Shown here piece by piece: positions 42,252-51,162 of a DNA stretch of 64,000 nt. The position numbers and the translations under genes were made by a program. This stretch comes from a bacterium (GTDB taxonomy: Bacteria; Patescibacteriota; Minisyncoccia; UBA6257; 2-01-FULL-56-20). The stretch covers positions 37,236 to 101,235 of the forward strand of contig DAICZW010000001.1 of the NCBI GenBank assembly GCA_027310965.1. The letters are read 5' to 3'. Each line of letters opens with the position of its first letter. Within the stretch, counting starts at the first letter, position 1. The notes under the pieces are model-generated. The model saw nothing but the letters and a program-made list of their open reading frames with translations. It did no database searches and was not told the origin of the DNA.

Positions 42252-42793
42252 GATAGTGAGGCTGATTTTTTATGCTCGATATCGTTGAGGATCGCCAAAA
42301 GGTGGCGGAGGATGATTTTGGGGGAAGGAGGATCGCCCGGGATCTGATAATCGACGGGAATCACGTTATGCGCGCCGTCCAAAACCGCATATGATCCTCT
42401 ATAAATACCGCCGTCGATTGCGTCATCGCCGACCGCCACGACGATCTTCGGATCGGGCGTCGCCCGGTATGCGCGGACCAGCGCTTCGCGCATATTCCTT
42501 GTCACGGGGCCGGTCACCATAAGCATGTCGGCGTGTCTTGGTGAAGCGACAAAATGGATGCCGAAGCGTTCAATGTCGTAAAAAGCGTTCGAAAGCGCGA
42601 CCAGTTCCTGTTCGCAGGCGTTATCGGATCCGGCGTCGACCTGACGTATCGCGAGCGACCCGCGGAATAATTTCTTGACGCGGTCGCTTATTTTTCCTCC
42701 GAGAGCGGCGACCTCGTCTTTTTCCATAGCGCTGTCACGGAACGGGATGACGGGGCTTTTCGTCCGGAATATTTTTGTGAGTAGCCTCAACAT
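42248..42793 (-). CDS. HyfI/NuoB-like small subunit with Cys-to-Asp substitutions at Fe-S ligands
   Basis: Start MLRLLTK at 42793; DAGSDNACE, FVASPRHAD, VAVGDDA, IPGDPP. Confidence 0.9.
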   Translation of the reverse strand: MLRLLTKIFRTKSPVIPFRDSAMEKDEVAALGGKISDRVKKLFRGSLAIRQVDAGSDNACEQELVALSNAFYDIERFGIHFVASPRHADMLMVTGPVTRNMREALVRAYRATPDPKIVVAVGDDAIDGGIYRGSYAVLDGAHNVIPVDYQIPGDPPSPKIILRHLLAILNDIEHKKSASLS

Positions 42794-42870
42794 GGATTGA
42801 ATGCGGATTGAATTATGATAATGCCGCACATTATAATTTGCAAGAAAAAAATAACGATTTTTTTAAAGCG

Positions 42871-42936
42871 TGGATCCTCGCCCTGTGGAGTAGGCGAAGT
42901 CGCCACTCCATAGGGCGAGTCTCCGCGAGGACGACA
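42871..42936. repeat. Family B REP with a nested inner hairpin
   Basis: GGATCCTCG[CCCTGTGGAGTAGGCGAAGTCGCCACTCCATAGGG]CGAGTCTCCGCGAGGACGACA. Confidence 0.75.
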
Positions 42937-43013
42937 AGAAAAGGCAATGACCCGCGCTTTTAAATGACCGCGTTCGGCGGCGCCGAAAAACGGGAAGGGC
43001 CATGAGGGCGTTT

Positions 43014-43577
43014 TTAAACAACCTCGTTTTCTTTCAGTGTGAACCGATAGGGTTTTTCCGCCCATGTGCGGCCGGCGAAATTAACGCCGATTCTTTTTCG
43101 CGCGGCAATGGTCCGTTTTTTTATTTTTATTCCGCGATCTTCGAACCATAAGCCGGTTTTTTTGCAGGCGCGTTTTCCGTTTTGCGCATCGGCGATATGC
43201 AGGAATTTTGCAAGCCGCGCCGGACCATTGACAATAATTCCCTCGCCGGTTTTCGGGTCATTATATTTTCCGGCGCGCAAAAGCGCCGCCGCGGGATAAT
43301 CCGCGGGGCCGGTCACGATATTAACGAGCCAATGCATGCCGTATACGAAATAAATATAGAAATGTCCCGGTTCGCCGAACATTATTTCCGTCCGTTCCGT
43401 TCTGCCGCGGCTCGCGTGCGATGCCTTATCGCGCGGTCCGTCGTACGCTTCGACGTCGGTGATCATGAGCGCGATCCGTTTGCCGCGCCACGATCGCACG
43501 ATATATTTTCCGATAAGATCTTTCGCCGCGACAATCGTCGGCCGATTGAAGAATTTTTGCGGAAGTGTTTTCGCCAT
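43014..43577 (-). CDS. DNA-3-methyladenine glycosylase (Mpg/AAG)
   Basis: EAY.G..D.ASH, Y.Y..YGMH, AA.LRA, NGPARL, RIGV. Confidence 0.93.
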   Translation of the reverse strand: MAKTLPQKFFNRPTIVAAKDLIGKYIVRSWRGKRIALMITDVEAYDGPRDKASHASRGRTERTEIMFGEPGHFYIYFVYGMHWLVNIVTGPADYPAAALLRAGKYNDPKTGEGIIVNGPARLAKFLHIADAQNGKRACKKTGLWFEDRGIKIKKRTIAARKRIGVNFAGRTWAEKPYRFTLKENEVV

Positions 43578-43739
43578 GAAATCCAATAGTATAATCATTG
43601 AGAGTATATCCCAAGAGGAAATCTTTCGGTAGCGCGGTTATTTCGCGGAATGCCGCCGATTCCCTGAAACGCGACCCGCTTGATTTACCCCGAAAGAAAG
43701 GATAGAATTTTCGATAAAGATGCGTTGGTATTCATTTAT

Positions 43740-43801
43740 AGAACCTGCTTTAAAAGTAAGACAGAGAGTTTGCTTAAAAAGTTATTTTTGAGACAGGTTC
43801 T
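43740..43801. mobile_element. Minimal family A MITE
   Basis: AGAACCTGCTTTAAAAGTAA ... TTATTTTTGAGACAGGTTCT, just before tRNA-Asp. Confidence 0.55.
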
Positions 43802-43808
43802 CATCAAT

Positions 43809-43883
43809 GCGGTCGTAGCTCAATTTGGTTAGAGCACCGCCCTGTCACGGCGGGGGTTGCCGGTTCAAGTCCGGTCGACCGCG
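43809..43883 (+). tRNA. tRNA-Asp(GTC)
   Basis: GCGGTCG/CGACCGC acceptor stem, CCGCC-CTGTCAC-GGCGG anticodon arm, TTCAAGT T-loop. Confidence 0.95.
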
Positions 43884-43890
43884 CCCCTTT

Positions 43891-44147
43891 GGGCACGTTT
43901 GAGATACCGCTGGGGCCTTCATGGTTCCAGCGGGTTTGCGACGGCCGATGCTCTTTAATCTCCACCGGGCAGCCTCTAAAGCGATAAATACTACAACTTG
44001 TTTCCCTGCCGGTCCTTGCCGCAGGGTCCATGCAGGAAAGTCCGAAAACCTTTGTTTTCTGATATACCGACCTCATGAGACGGGTTCTTTTTGCAACAGG
44101 AGGATCAGGAAGCGCCGCCTGCAAGTCATAGACTTCAAACGCGTCCG
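43891..44147 (+). ncRNA. Candidate structured ncRNA co-transcribed with tRNA-Asp
   Basis: Ends pair (GGGCACGTTTGAG / TTCAAACGCGTCC), several internal hairpins, followed by a terminator. Confidence 0.45.
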
Positions 44148-44160
44148 CCCAAGCGCGCAT

Positions 44161-44200
44161 AAAAATAAAACCGCTCTCCGATGGGCGGTTTTATTTTTTT
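44161..44200. terminator. Bidirectional terminator
   Basis: AAAAATAAAACCGCTC-TCCGAT-GGGCGGTTTTATTTTTT. Confidence 0.8.
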
Positions 44201-44257
44201 CTTTCGGATATCGGTCCGGCGGCATAACGGAATTTCAAAATAACGAAACAGGATTCT

Positions 44258-44617
44258 TTATAAAATCATCGGTGATGAAAATACAAAAAGAATTCCCGAT
44301 ATGGCGCATTCAAGAAAATATAATAACGCAATGCCGGACGCAAAAAACAGGAACGAGCTGAAAAATCCGGCGCGTGCGGCGGACAGGGGATTTAAAAAAC
44401 GGCGATAGATGAAAAACGGGATAACGCCGATTGTGATATATGAAATCGCAAGCGTTATGATGGCCATAAGCATATCCGCCGCTGGAAATATCCTTATTAT
44501 TATTTCATAGCCCGCAAGACCGGGGCGCATGCTGCCGGAAAAGATCCACGGCGCAAGCGCGAATAAAATAATTCCCGTTAAAAACCCCGCGATGATGTCG
44601 GCGTAATTCCGTTTCAT
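44258..44617 (-). CDS. Hypothetical membrane protein (3 TM)
   Basis: Hydrophobic 119 aa ORF overlapping the stop of the upstream lipase gene (ATGA). Confidence 0.65.
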   Translation of the reverse strand: MKRNYADIIAGFLTGIILFALAPWIFSGSMRPGLAGYEIIIRIFPAADMLMAIITLAISYITIGVIPFFIYRRFLNPLSAARAGFFSSFLFFASGIALLYFLECAISGILFVFSSPMIL

Positions 44618-47031
44618 GAAGAATCCCGCTGAAAAGATTTTTGGATTCTTCCTTTTTCTCTTTTTCCGTCGCCGCGCGGGCGGATCGCCGCAGAACGGAC
44701 TTCGAAATAGATTTTCTTGACGCGCGGACTCCCTGCTTTATCGATTGCGCGGATTATGAAAATATTTTTGCCGAGCTTTGTGAAAGTAACATTATCGCCG
44801 CTCGAAACCGGAACGTCGTTCATGGTCGCCGCGATTGACGCGACGCCCGATTCGCCATCAACGGCGCTGAACGATATCGTTGCCGTACTGTCCAGAAGCG
44901 GCGCGCGCGGAAGCGCGGATACCAAGATGACCGGCGGCGTGAAGTCATTTATGGCGTCCGGCGCGGAAAGAATTGCGTCGGGATGGCGTATTTTTTCAAA
45001 TTTCGGTCGGCTCTTGCGTCCCGTTTTTAGGTCAATATTTTTTCCGAACCCGGAAAAATCAAGTTCCGCAATCGAACTCGTGCCGTCCTGCGGCACCGAA
45101 AGATAGGTTGCCTGCCGGTCGATCGCGCCGCCGCGATAACCTTTCACTTTCATATCGAATGTTCCGGATGCCGTCGCTTGATTGATTGCTCTGTAATTAT
45201 TTCCCGCCGGAACGAGAATAAAAGCGTTGTCGCCGAGCTTTTCGTATTCGCTTCCAGGGATGCCGAGCGCGACCGTTCCCGACGCCGTTATGCCGGTATA
45301 TTGGTTTTCGGCGTTGTACACGCCGAGATCGGCCGAACCGTGCGTGCTGAATTCAAGGGTTGTCTCGCCTTCCGATGATATTGTTGCCGATTTTTGCGGC
45401 GAAACGCAATCGGCGGTGGATGCCGAAATGCCCTGCGGCAGGGGCGCCGTGACGCCCTCGATTATATTTTTTATGAGCGTGACCGGCCGCGCATCGCTCG
45501 TGAGTCCCGTATGGTCGATGCCGGTTTCGCCGCTCATCACGAAATAATTATGAAATTGATTCGCCCTGTCCATCGCGCTCGTTTCCGGCACGGTGCCATC
45601 GCCGGCCGCGCGCCGAAGATTTATCACGCCGTCATCATAAAGATCAAATCCCGTAATCGTCGGCTTTCCGCAGCCGACGATATTATAGACGTCCGGCGCG
45701 GCGATCGGATGATCGTCAATTGCGTCGTGGAACGCATCCGCGGCATTCAAAAGTCCGGCGTTACGGCGGTCGGCGCTGTCGCTTGTCATCACGTTCGCCG
45801 TCGCGTCATAATCAAGAAATTGTTCGCCGCCGTTCCGAAAATCCTGTACGTATCCGCCATTCTCGGCGACGTATTTCCTGCTCGGCAGTAATTGATAGAG
45901 AGAAGGCATATTCTGGGCGATTTTTTTTATCTCATCGCCGTTTACGACCGGAATACCCAGATCGTCGCCGTAATTCAATATCTTGAACGTGTCCGGCGCG
46001 CCGAGCTGGGGAACTCCCGCGAGTATCACTTTATCCAGGAACGGCGCGTTCGGAATTTCCGCGAGGTATTTTTTGAGCACCAGTCCGCCCATGCTGTGCG
46101 CGATGATGTCTATCTTTCCTGTCGGCGACGCCGCGGCCGCCTGTGCGATCTTCGCCGCGATTGCGGGAATGGCGCGGTTGATATCGAGCCGCCAGTCGTA
46201 CGGCGCCGTAAAAAGATTCCGGTTTTCAACGTAGCCGTCGTTTTTGAACGCACCGATCAGGTTACCGTAAAAATCATCGCTGAAAAGGACGATGCCGCCG
46301 ACCGTAATCGCCGCCGCCGATAATATTCCCGCCGCGCGTATCGTGCTTTGGGCATCGTCGCCGTTGGTATTGAGCATCAGCGCATCAAGATAATCATCCG
46401 ACGGCGATACGATCATCGTGTCGACGTTCGGCCATGCCTCGCTTCCGTCGGACGTTTTTTGAAGCGCCGTCCCCGCAATGCCGGGAATAATGACGACGGG
46501 TTCGCGCAGCGCGACCGTGAAATCGGTGTTCCCCGGAACGCCGAATTCCTGCCAGCCGGATACGGCGCCCGTGAGAACATTTTGAAGCCGCGCGCGCCAG
46601 TGATAGCCTCCGTTCGCGAGTCCATGCATTGCAACGGCACTGTTTTGCGTCCAAAGAAAAATATTTCCTGCCGCGGTCGGTACGCCGGTGAACGCCGCGT
46701 TCGTCGGCCGGACCTCGACCTGCAGCCGCAGCGGTATAAAAACTCTCGACGGAAATGAGATGCCGAGTATCGCCGTTCCCGCCGCGAGCGTGCCGCCTTC
46801 GAGGATCGCCGTTGCCTCGTCGGACCTGTATTGGTGCAATGATCCTTGCGGAAACCGGAATATAGTGAAGAAAAATCCGTTCCCGGTTGCCGGCGATATA
46901 TTTGCTCTATTAATAGATGGGCGCTGCGGCGAAAAGCTTGCGCTTAAAGCGCTGCTCGATAACAACGCAATAGCGAACAATACAAAAATGTTCCGTGTGA
47001 GGTATTTTACCGTTGCAACAGGTTGTATCAT
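44614..47031 (-). CDS. Secreted alpha/beta hydrolase (LCAT/PGAP1-like lipase/acyltransferase) with beta-sandwich domains
   Basis: Signal peptide; PV.IIPG..G, PYDWR, AHSMGG, G.P..G, GDGTVP and a downstream His. Confidence 0.85.
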   Translation of the reverse strand: MIQPVATVKYLTRNIFVLFAIALLSSSALSASFSPQRPSINRANISPATGNGFFFTIFRFPQGSLHQYRSDEATAILEGGTLAAGTAILGISFPSRVFIPLRLQVEVRPTNAAFTGVPTAAGNIFLWTQNSAVAMHGLANGGYHWRARLQNVLTGAVSGWQEFGVPGNTDFTVALREPVVIIPGIAGTALQKTSDGSEAWPNVDTMIVSPSDDYLDALMLNTNGDDAQSTIRAAGILSAAAITVGGIVLFSDDFYGNLIGAFKNDGYVENRNLFTAPYDWRLDINRAIPAIAAKIAQAAAASPTGKIDIIAHSMGGLVLKKYLAEIPNAPFLDKVILAGVPQLGAPDTFKILNYGDDLGIPVVNGDEIKKIAQNMPSLYQLLPSRKYVAENGGYVQDFRNGGEQFLDYDATANVMTSDSADRRNAGLLNAADAFHDAIDDHPIAAPDVYNIVGCGKPTITGFDLYDDGVINLRRAAGDGTVPETSAMDRANQFHNYFVMSGETGIDHTGLTSDARPVTLIKNIIEGVTAPLPQGISASTADCVSPQKSATISSEGETTLEFSTHGSADLGVYNAENQYTGITASGTVALGIPGSEYEKLGDNAFILVPAGNNYRAINQATASGTFDMKVKGYRGGAIDRQATYLSVPQDGTSSIAELDFSGFGKNIDLKTGRKSRPKFEKIRHPDAILSAPDAINDFTPPVILVSALPRAPLLDSTATISFSAVDGESGVASIAATMNDVPVSSGDNVTFTKLGKNIFIIRAIDKAGSPRVKKIYFEVRSAAIRPRGDGKREKGRIQKSFQRDSS

Positions 47032-47239
47032 GGGATTGCTCCCAGTAAAACACACTGCCGATTAAAACTATTTAAAGAAACGTTTCGTAAGTCTGTTTTT
47101 GAGGCGGACTCTATTGCTTCGGCTGCAGAGGGGATTTTTTCGGTATTATAAAGGAGAATAGACGGCGGATGATATAAAAAAGTATTTCAAATACGTTTTT
47201 TTGTTTCTCATAATCATGGAATCCCGTTATAATGAGTGC

Positions 47240-48547
47240 ATGGAGGAAAACGATCAAAAAGAGAAGAAAGAGAAAGGACCGCGAAAGAGATGGGCCGCGC
47301 GGCTTTTTAGAATCCTCGGTCCGGGACTCATCACGGGCGCGGCGGACGATGATCCGTCGGGCATAGCGACGTATTCCCAGACCGGCGCGCAGTTCGGCTA
47401 CGGCCAGCTTTGGACGGCTCTTTTTTTGTATCCTTTGATGACGGCCGTGCAGGAGGCGTGCGCGCGGATTGGCGCGGTGACGAAAAAAGGCATCGCGTCG
47501 GTCGTAAAAGAGCATTACGGCCGGACAATTTTGTATTGCGCAGTTTTTCTCATCGTACTTGCGAACACGATCAATATCGGCGCGGATATCGGCGCGATGG
47601 CGGCGGCCGTGCGCCTCGTCGTGCCGATTCCCTTCGCGGTCGCCACGCTTTTTTTTGCGGCGCTGATGCTCACGCTCGAGATATTTATTTCATATAAAAA
47701 ATATGCCCGCATTTTGAAATGGCTTGCCGCGAGCATGCTGGTCTATCCCGCTACATTGCTTTTGATCGCCGCGCCGTGGGGCGCGATTCTTCGCGCCACG
47801 TTCCTGCCGCGCATCGAGCTGAATGCCGCTTTCTTTTTCGTCATTACCGGCGTCATAGGCACGACGATTTCGCCGTATATGTTTTTTTGGCAGGCGTCGG
47901 AAGAGGTGGAGGAAGAGGTCGAGCAGGGGATTGCGAAGCGGCATGCGGTTGACAAAGGTTTTATAAAAAATATGCGCATCGATAATGCGCTGGGAATGTT
48001 TCTTTCGCAGGCCGTCATGTGGTGCATCATCGTGGTTACGGGCACCGTCCTTCACCGGGGCGGCGTGACGAATATCGCGACGGCTGCCGATGCCGCAAAG
48101 GCGCTCGCGCCGCTTGTGCATACTTTTCCCGACGCCGGATTCCTTGCGGAGATCGTTTTTGCGATCGGCATCGTCGGGCTCGGCCTTCTTTCGGTGCCGG
48201 TGCTCGCCGGTTCCGCGGCGTACGCCGTTGCCGAGGCGTTCGATTGGCATGAAGGGCTTTACCGGAAATTGCGCAAAGCGCACGGGTTTTACGGCGTCAT
48301 CACGGTTGCGACGTTCGTCGGGCTTGCCATTAATTTTGTCGGCATCAATCCGATGAAAGCGCTTATCGTCGCCGCCGTTGTGAACGGCGTCGTTTCCGTC
48401 CCGCTTATTTTTCTCATTGCTTTTATTTCGTCGAACAAAAAAATCATGGGCGAACACGCGAGCGGCCGCCTTTCAAAAATATTCCTTTGGATTTCTTTTG
48501 TCGCGATTCTTATTGCGGCGATTGCAATGTTCGCGACGGTATTATAG
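47240..48547 (+). CDS. NRAMP-family divalent metal transporter
   Basis: GPGLITGAADDDPSGIATYSQ, GTTISPYMFFWQ. Confidence 0.93.
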   Translation: MEENDQKEKKEKGPRKRWAARLFRILGPGLITGAADDDPSGIATYSQTGAQFGYGQLWTALFLYPLMTAVQEACARIGAVTKKGIASVVKEHYGRTILYCAVFLIVLANTINIGADIGAMAAAVRLVVPIPFAVATLFFAALMLTLEIFISYKKYARILKWLAASMLVYPATLLLIAAPWGAILRATFLPRIELNAAFFFVITGVIGTTISPYMFFWQASEEVEEEVEQGIAKRHAVDKGFIKNMRIDNALGMFLSQAVMWCIIVVTGTVLHRGGVTNIATAADAAKALAPLVHTFPDAGFLAEIVFAIGIVGLGLLSVPVLAGSAAYAVAEAFDWHEGLYRKLRKAHGFYGVITVATFVGLAINFVGINPMKALIVAAVVNGVVSVPLIFLIAFISSNKKIMGEHASGRLSKIFLWISFVAILIAAIAMFATVL

Positions 48548-48632
48548 GACCCGGTTAAGAAAATAAATAAAATAGGGTAACCTCTCGCTGCCTATAACCA
48601 GCGCCGATTCTGTCGCGGCATTTTCCCCTCCG

Positions 48633-48820
48633 CCGTCCCTTCGAAGGAGGGGATCCGTGCTTTTCGTCTTAGTTTGTGAGTTTTAAATCGTGAATTATAA
48701 AATTCTTAAAGCGTGGATCCTCGCCCTGTGGAGCAGGCAAAGCCGCCACTCCATAGGGCGAGTCTCCGCGAGGACGACAGAAAAAGCATATAGATCCTCG
48801 ACCAGGCCGAGGACGACGGA
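48633..48820. repeat. Family B REP cluster with a nested hairpin
   Basis: Near-identical to 42871-42936, with additional REP halves on both sides. Confidence 0.72.
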
Positions 48821-48851
48821 AAAGATGGGTACCGGCGCGTACGTCCTCTAT

Positions 48852-49916
48852 TTATTTTCTCTCGGCGAGCGTCACGGCGGCGTCGAACTGTTTTCCGCCG
48901 CGGAGGACGACGAGCGTGATTACGTCGCCGACGTTTTTGTTTTCCAAAAGATCCTGGATGGGGCGGGTGCGATCCAGTTTTTTTCCGTCAAGCGCGAGGA
49001 CGATATCTTTTTCCTTCAACCCGGCTTTTTCCGCGGGACTGCCAGGAACGACCGCGCTGTCGCGCGCGCTTTCGCGGACGACGAGCGCGCCGTAATCGAT
49101 CGGCAGTTTCATTTTTTCCTTCAGCGTGTCGTCGATCATGATATAGCGGAGGCCGAGGAGCGGCCGGCGGATGCGCCCGTAATTTTTCATATCGTCGAGA
49201 TCGCGTTTCGCGGCGTTCACGGGGATAGCGAAGCCGATGCTTTGCGCGCCGGAAACAATGGCGGCATTTACGCCGATGACAAGACCCTTCGCGTCGACGA
49301 GCGGTCCGCCCGAATTGCCGGGATTGATCGCGGCGTCCGTCTGGATGAGGCCGCGCATTTCCTGCGGCGGGTGATCGGGGTCCGCCTGCGCCATAATGGA
49401 GCGCGAGAGGCCGGAAACGATGCCGAGCGACACCGTATTTTTGAAAATGCCGAGGGCATTGCCGATCGCGATCAGGCTTTGCCCGAGCTGCAACTTTGTC
49501 GCGTCGCCGAGTTTGAGGAAGGGAAGATTCTCTGATGGGATTTGCAAAATGGCGACATCGTTGATGGGATCGCGGCTCAATATCACCGCGGGAAATTTCT
49601 GCCCGTCGTTCAGTATCACCGTGTATTCCGCCTGCGGATCGCTGATAACGTGCTTGTTCGTGAGAATGATGCCGTTCGCGCTCACAATGAACCCCGAACC
49701 GCCGCCGACTTCCACCATGCCGCGTTTGTCCACCATGAAATCGGGAATATCTATTTTTTCTTTTTCGACGGGCTTATTGTTCGCCGCGCCGTCTGCGGCA
49801 GGGGAGGATTCCTGCGACAGCTCTTTTTCAAGATCGGCAAGATGTTTCGCGATGGCGATCGAAACCACCGCCGGCATCACCTTTTTGATTATCGCAATCG
49901 TTTTTTTGTCGTTCAT
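48852..49916 (-). CDS. HtrA/DegP-family serine protease with PDZ domain
   Basis: GSGFI, TNKHV, D.A.L, QTDAAINPGNSGGPL, PDZ domain; no obvious signal peptide. Confidence 0.95.
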   Translation of the reverse strand: MNDKKTIAIIKKVMPAVVSIAIAKHLADLEKELSQESSPAADGAANNKPVEKEKIDIPDFMVDKRGMVEVGGGSGFIVSANGIILTNKHVISDPQAEYTVILNDGQKFPAVILSRDPINDVAILQIPSENLPFLKLGDATKLQLGQSLIAIGNALGIFKNTVSLGIVSGLSRSIMAQADPDHPPQEMRGLIQTDAAINPGNSGGPLVDAKGLVIGVNAAIVSGAQSIGFAIPVNAAKRDLDDMKNYGRIRRPLLGLRYIMIDDTLKEKMKLPIDYGALVVRESARDSAVVPGSPAEKAGLKEKDIVLALDGKKLDRTRPIQDLLENKNVGDVITLVVLRGGKQFDAAVTLAERK

Positions 49917-50209
49917 GTTCGATGTTCCGTTGTTAGAGTGTCGTAATTGTTCTCATGAACCTATCGGACATTAGAACATTCAAACATTACAACGCGCTTC
50001 TTTGCTTCATTATAGCATACTTCCGTGAAAATCGGCGGTTTTCTCGCTGAAAAATCCTTTTAGAATCTTTTAATGTTCAATATGGCAGAATAAGACAGGT
50101 TCCGGGACTCATCATAAAACAGATCGCTCGGGCGCCTGATTGCGGATGTTTTAATATCGTCGTATTATAAAAATAACACATCCGCTCTCTTTGCTTATAA
50201 ATAAATAGC

Positions 50210-50974
50210 ATGCGCATATTGCTCATTGAGGATGAGAAGGGTATTGCGGATTTTATTATAGCCGGGCTGCGCGCGGAACGGTTCGCGGTGGATTGGGCGA
50301 GTACCGCCGAAAAAGGACTGCTTCTGGCGAAAGTCAATCCGTATGATGCGGGGGTCTTCGACATACGGCTTTCGGACCCGTCCTCCGGCGCTTTACCTTC
50401 CCATGTTTTGTCGGGCAAAACCGTCGGCGTTTCGTCCCATAAAATTTCGGATGGCAAAGTCTGGGGCGGCGAGCGTGACGGGCTTTGTATTCTGGAAGAA
50501 GTGCGCAGGAAAGGAAAAATATTTCCGATCATCATGCTTTCGGTGACGGGCGACGCGCAGACGAAAATCGACGCCCTGAACCTCGGCGCCGATGATTATC
50601 TGACGAAGCCGTTCTCTATGGCGGAACTTATCGCGCGCATCCGCGCGCTCTTGCGCCGGGAAAAGAAAATAACGGAGCAGGTTCTCGCCGTTGCCGATCT
50701 TACGATGGACACGCGTGCGCATACGGCTGCGCGCGGCGGCAAGCCGGTAAAACTGAACCGCAAGGAATTCGCGCTGCTCGAATATTTTATGCGGAATCCC
50801 GGAACGATGCTCACGCGGAGCATGATTCTGGATCACGTGTGGGACATGAGCGTGGATCCGTTCACGAACACGGTGGATGTCCATATGCGGTTCCTGCGGG
50901 AGAAGATTGATGACGGGCGCAAGAAAAAATTATTGAAGACCGTGCACGGCTACGGATATAAAATAGAGGAATGA
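50210..50974 (+). CDS. OmpR-family response regulator with a ~30 aa insertion after the phospho-Asp
   Basis: LLIEDE, FDIRL[insert]DGL, GADDYLTKPF, winged helix NTVDVH...TVHG.GY. Confidence 0.93.
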   Translation: MRILLIEDEKGIADFIIAGLRAERFAVDWASTAEKGLLLAKVNPYDAGVFDIRLSDPSSGALPSHVLSGKTVGVSSHKISDGKVWGGERDGLCILEEVRRKGKIFPIIMLSVTGDAQTKIDALNLGADDYLTKPFSMAELIARIRALLRREKKITEQVLAVADLTMDTRAHTAARGGKPVKLNRKEFALLEYFMRNPGTMLTRSMILDHVWDMSVDPFTNTVDVHMRFLREKIDDGRKKKLLKTVHGYGYKIEE

Positions 50975-51051
50975 GGACTACGTTTTTCCTCTTCGGAAGC
51001 AGGGGCTCTCTTAACTGCTTCCGAAGAGGAAAAACTCCGTTTGTGGCAGAA
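50975..51051 (+). repeat. Fixed-loop, variable-stem hairpin element (copy 1)
   Basis: GGACTACG + 20-bp perfect stem + GGGCTCTCTTAA loop + CTCCGTTTGTGGCAGAA. Confidence 0.7.
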
Positions 51052-51162
51052 GCAACGGAATGGCTTTTTTAAAACTCCTTTGCGAATAAGAAACGCTTTG
51101 TCCGGCGAAAGGAAATATGAAAACGGATTTTTTAATATAATAAGTCTTAATATAATAACGCG

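Noticed and set aside
43891-44147. RNase P RNA, group I intron or tmRNA
   Set aside because: No CR-V-like 3' motif in the right place, no S element or flanking exons (tRNA-Asp is uninterrupted), and no tRNA-like ends or tag reading frame.
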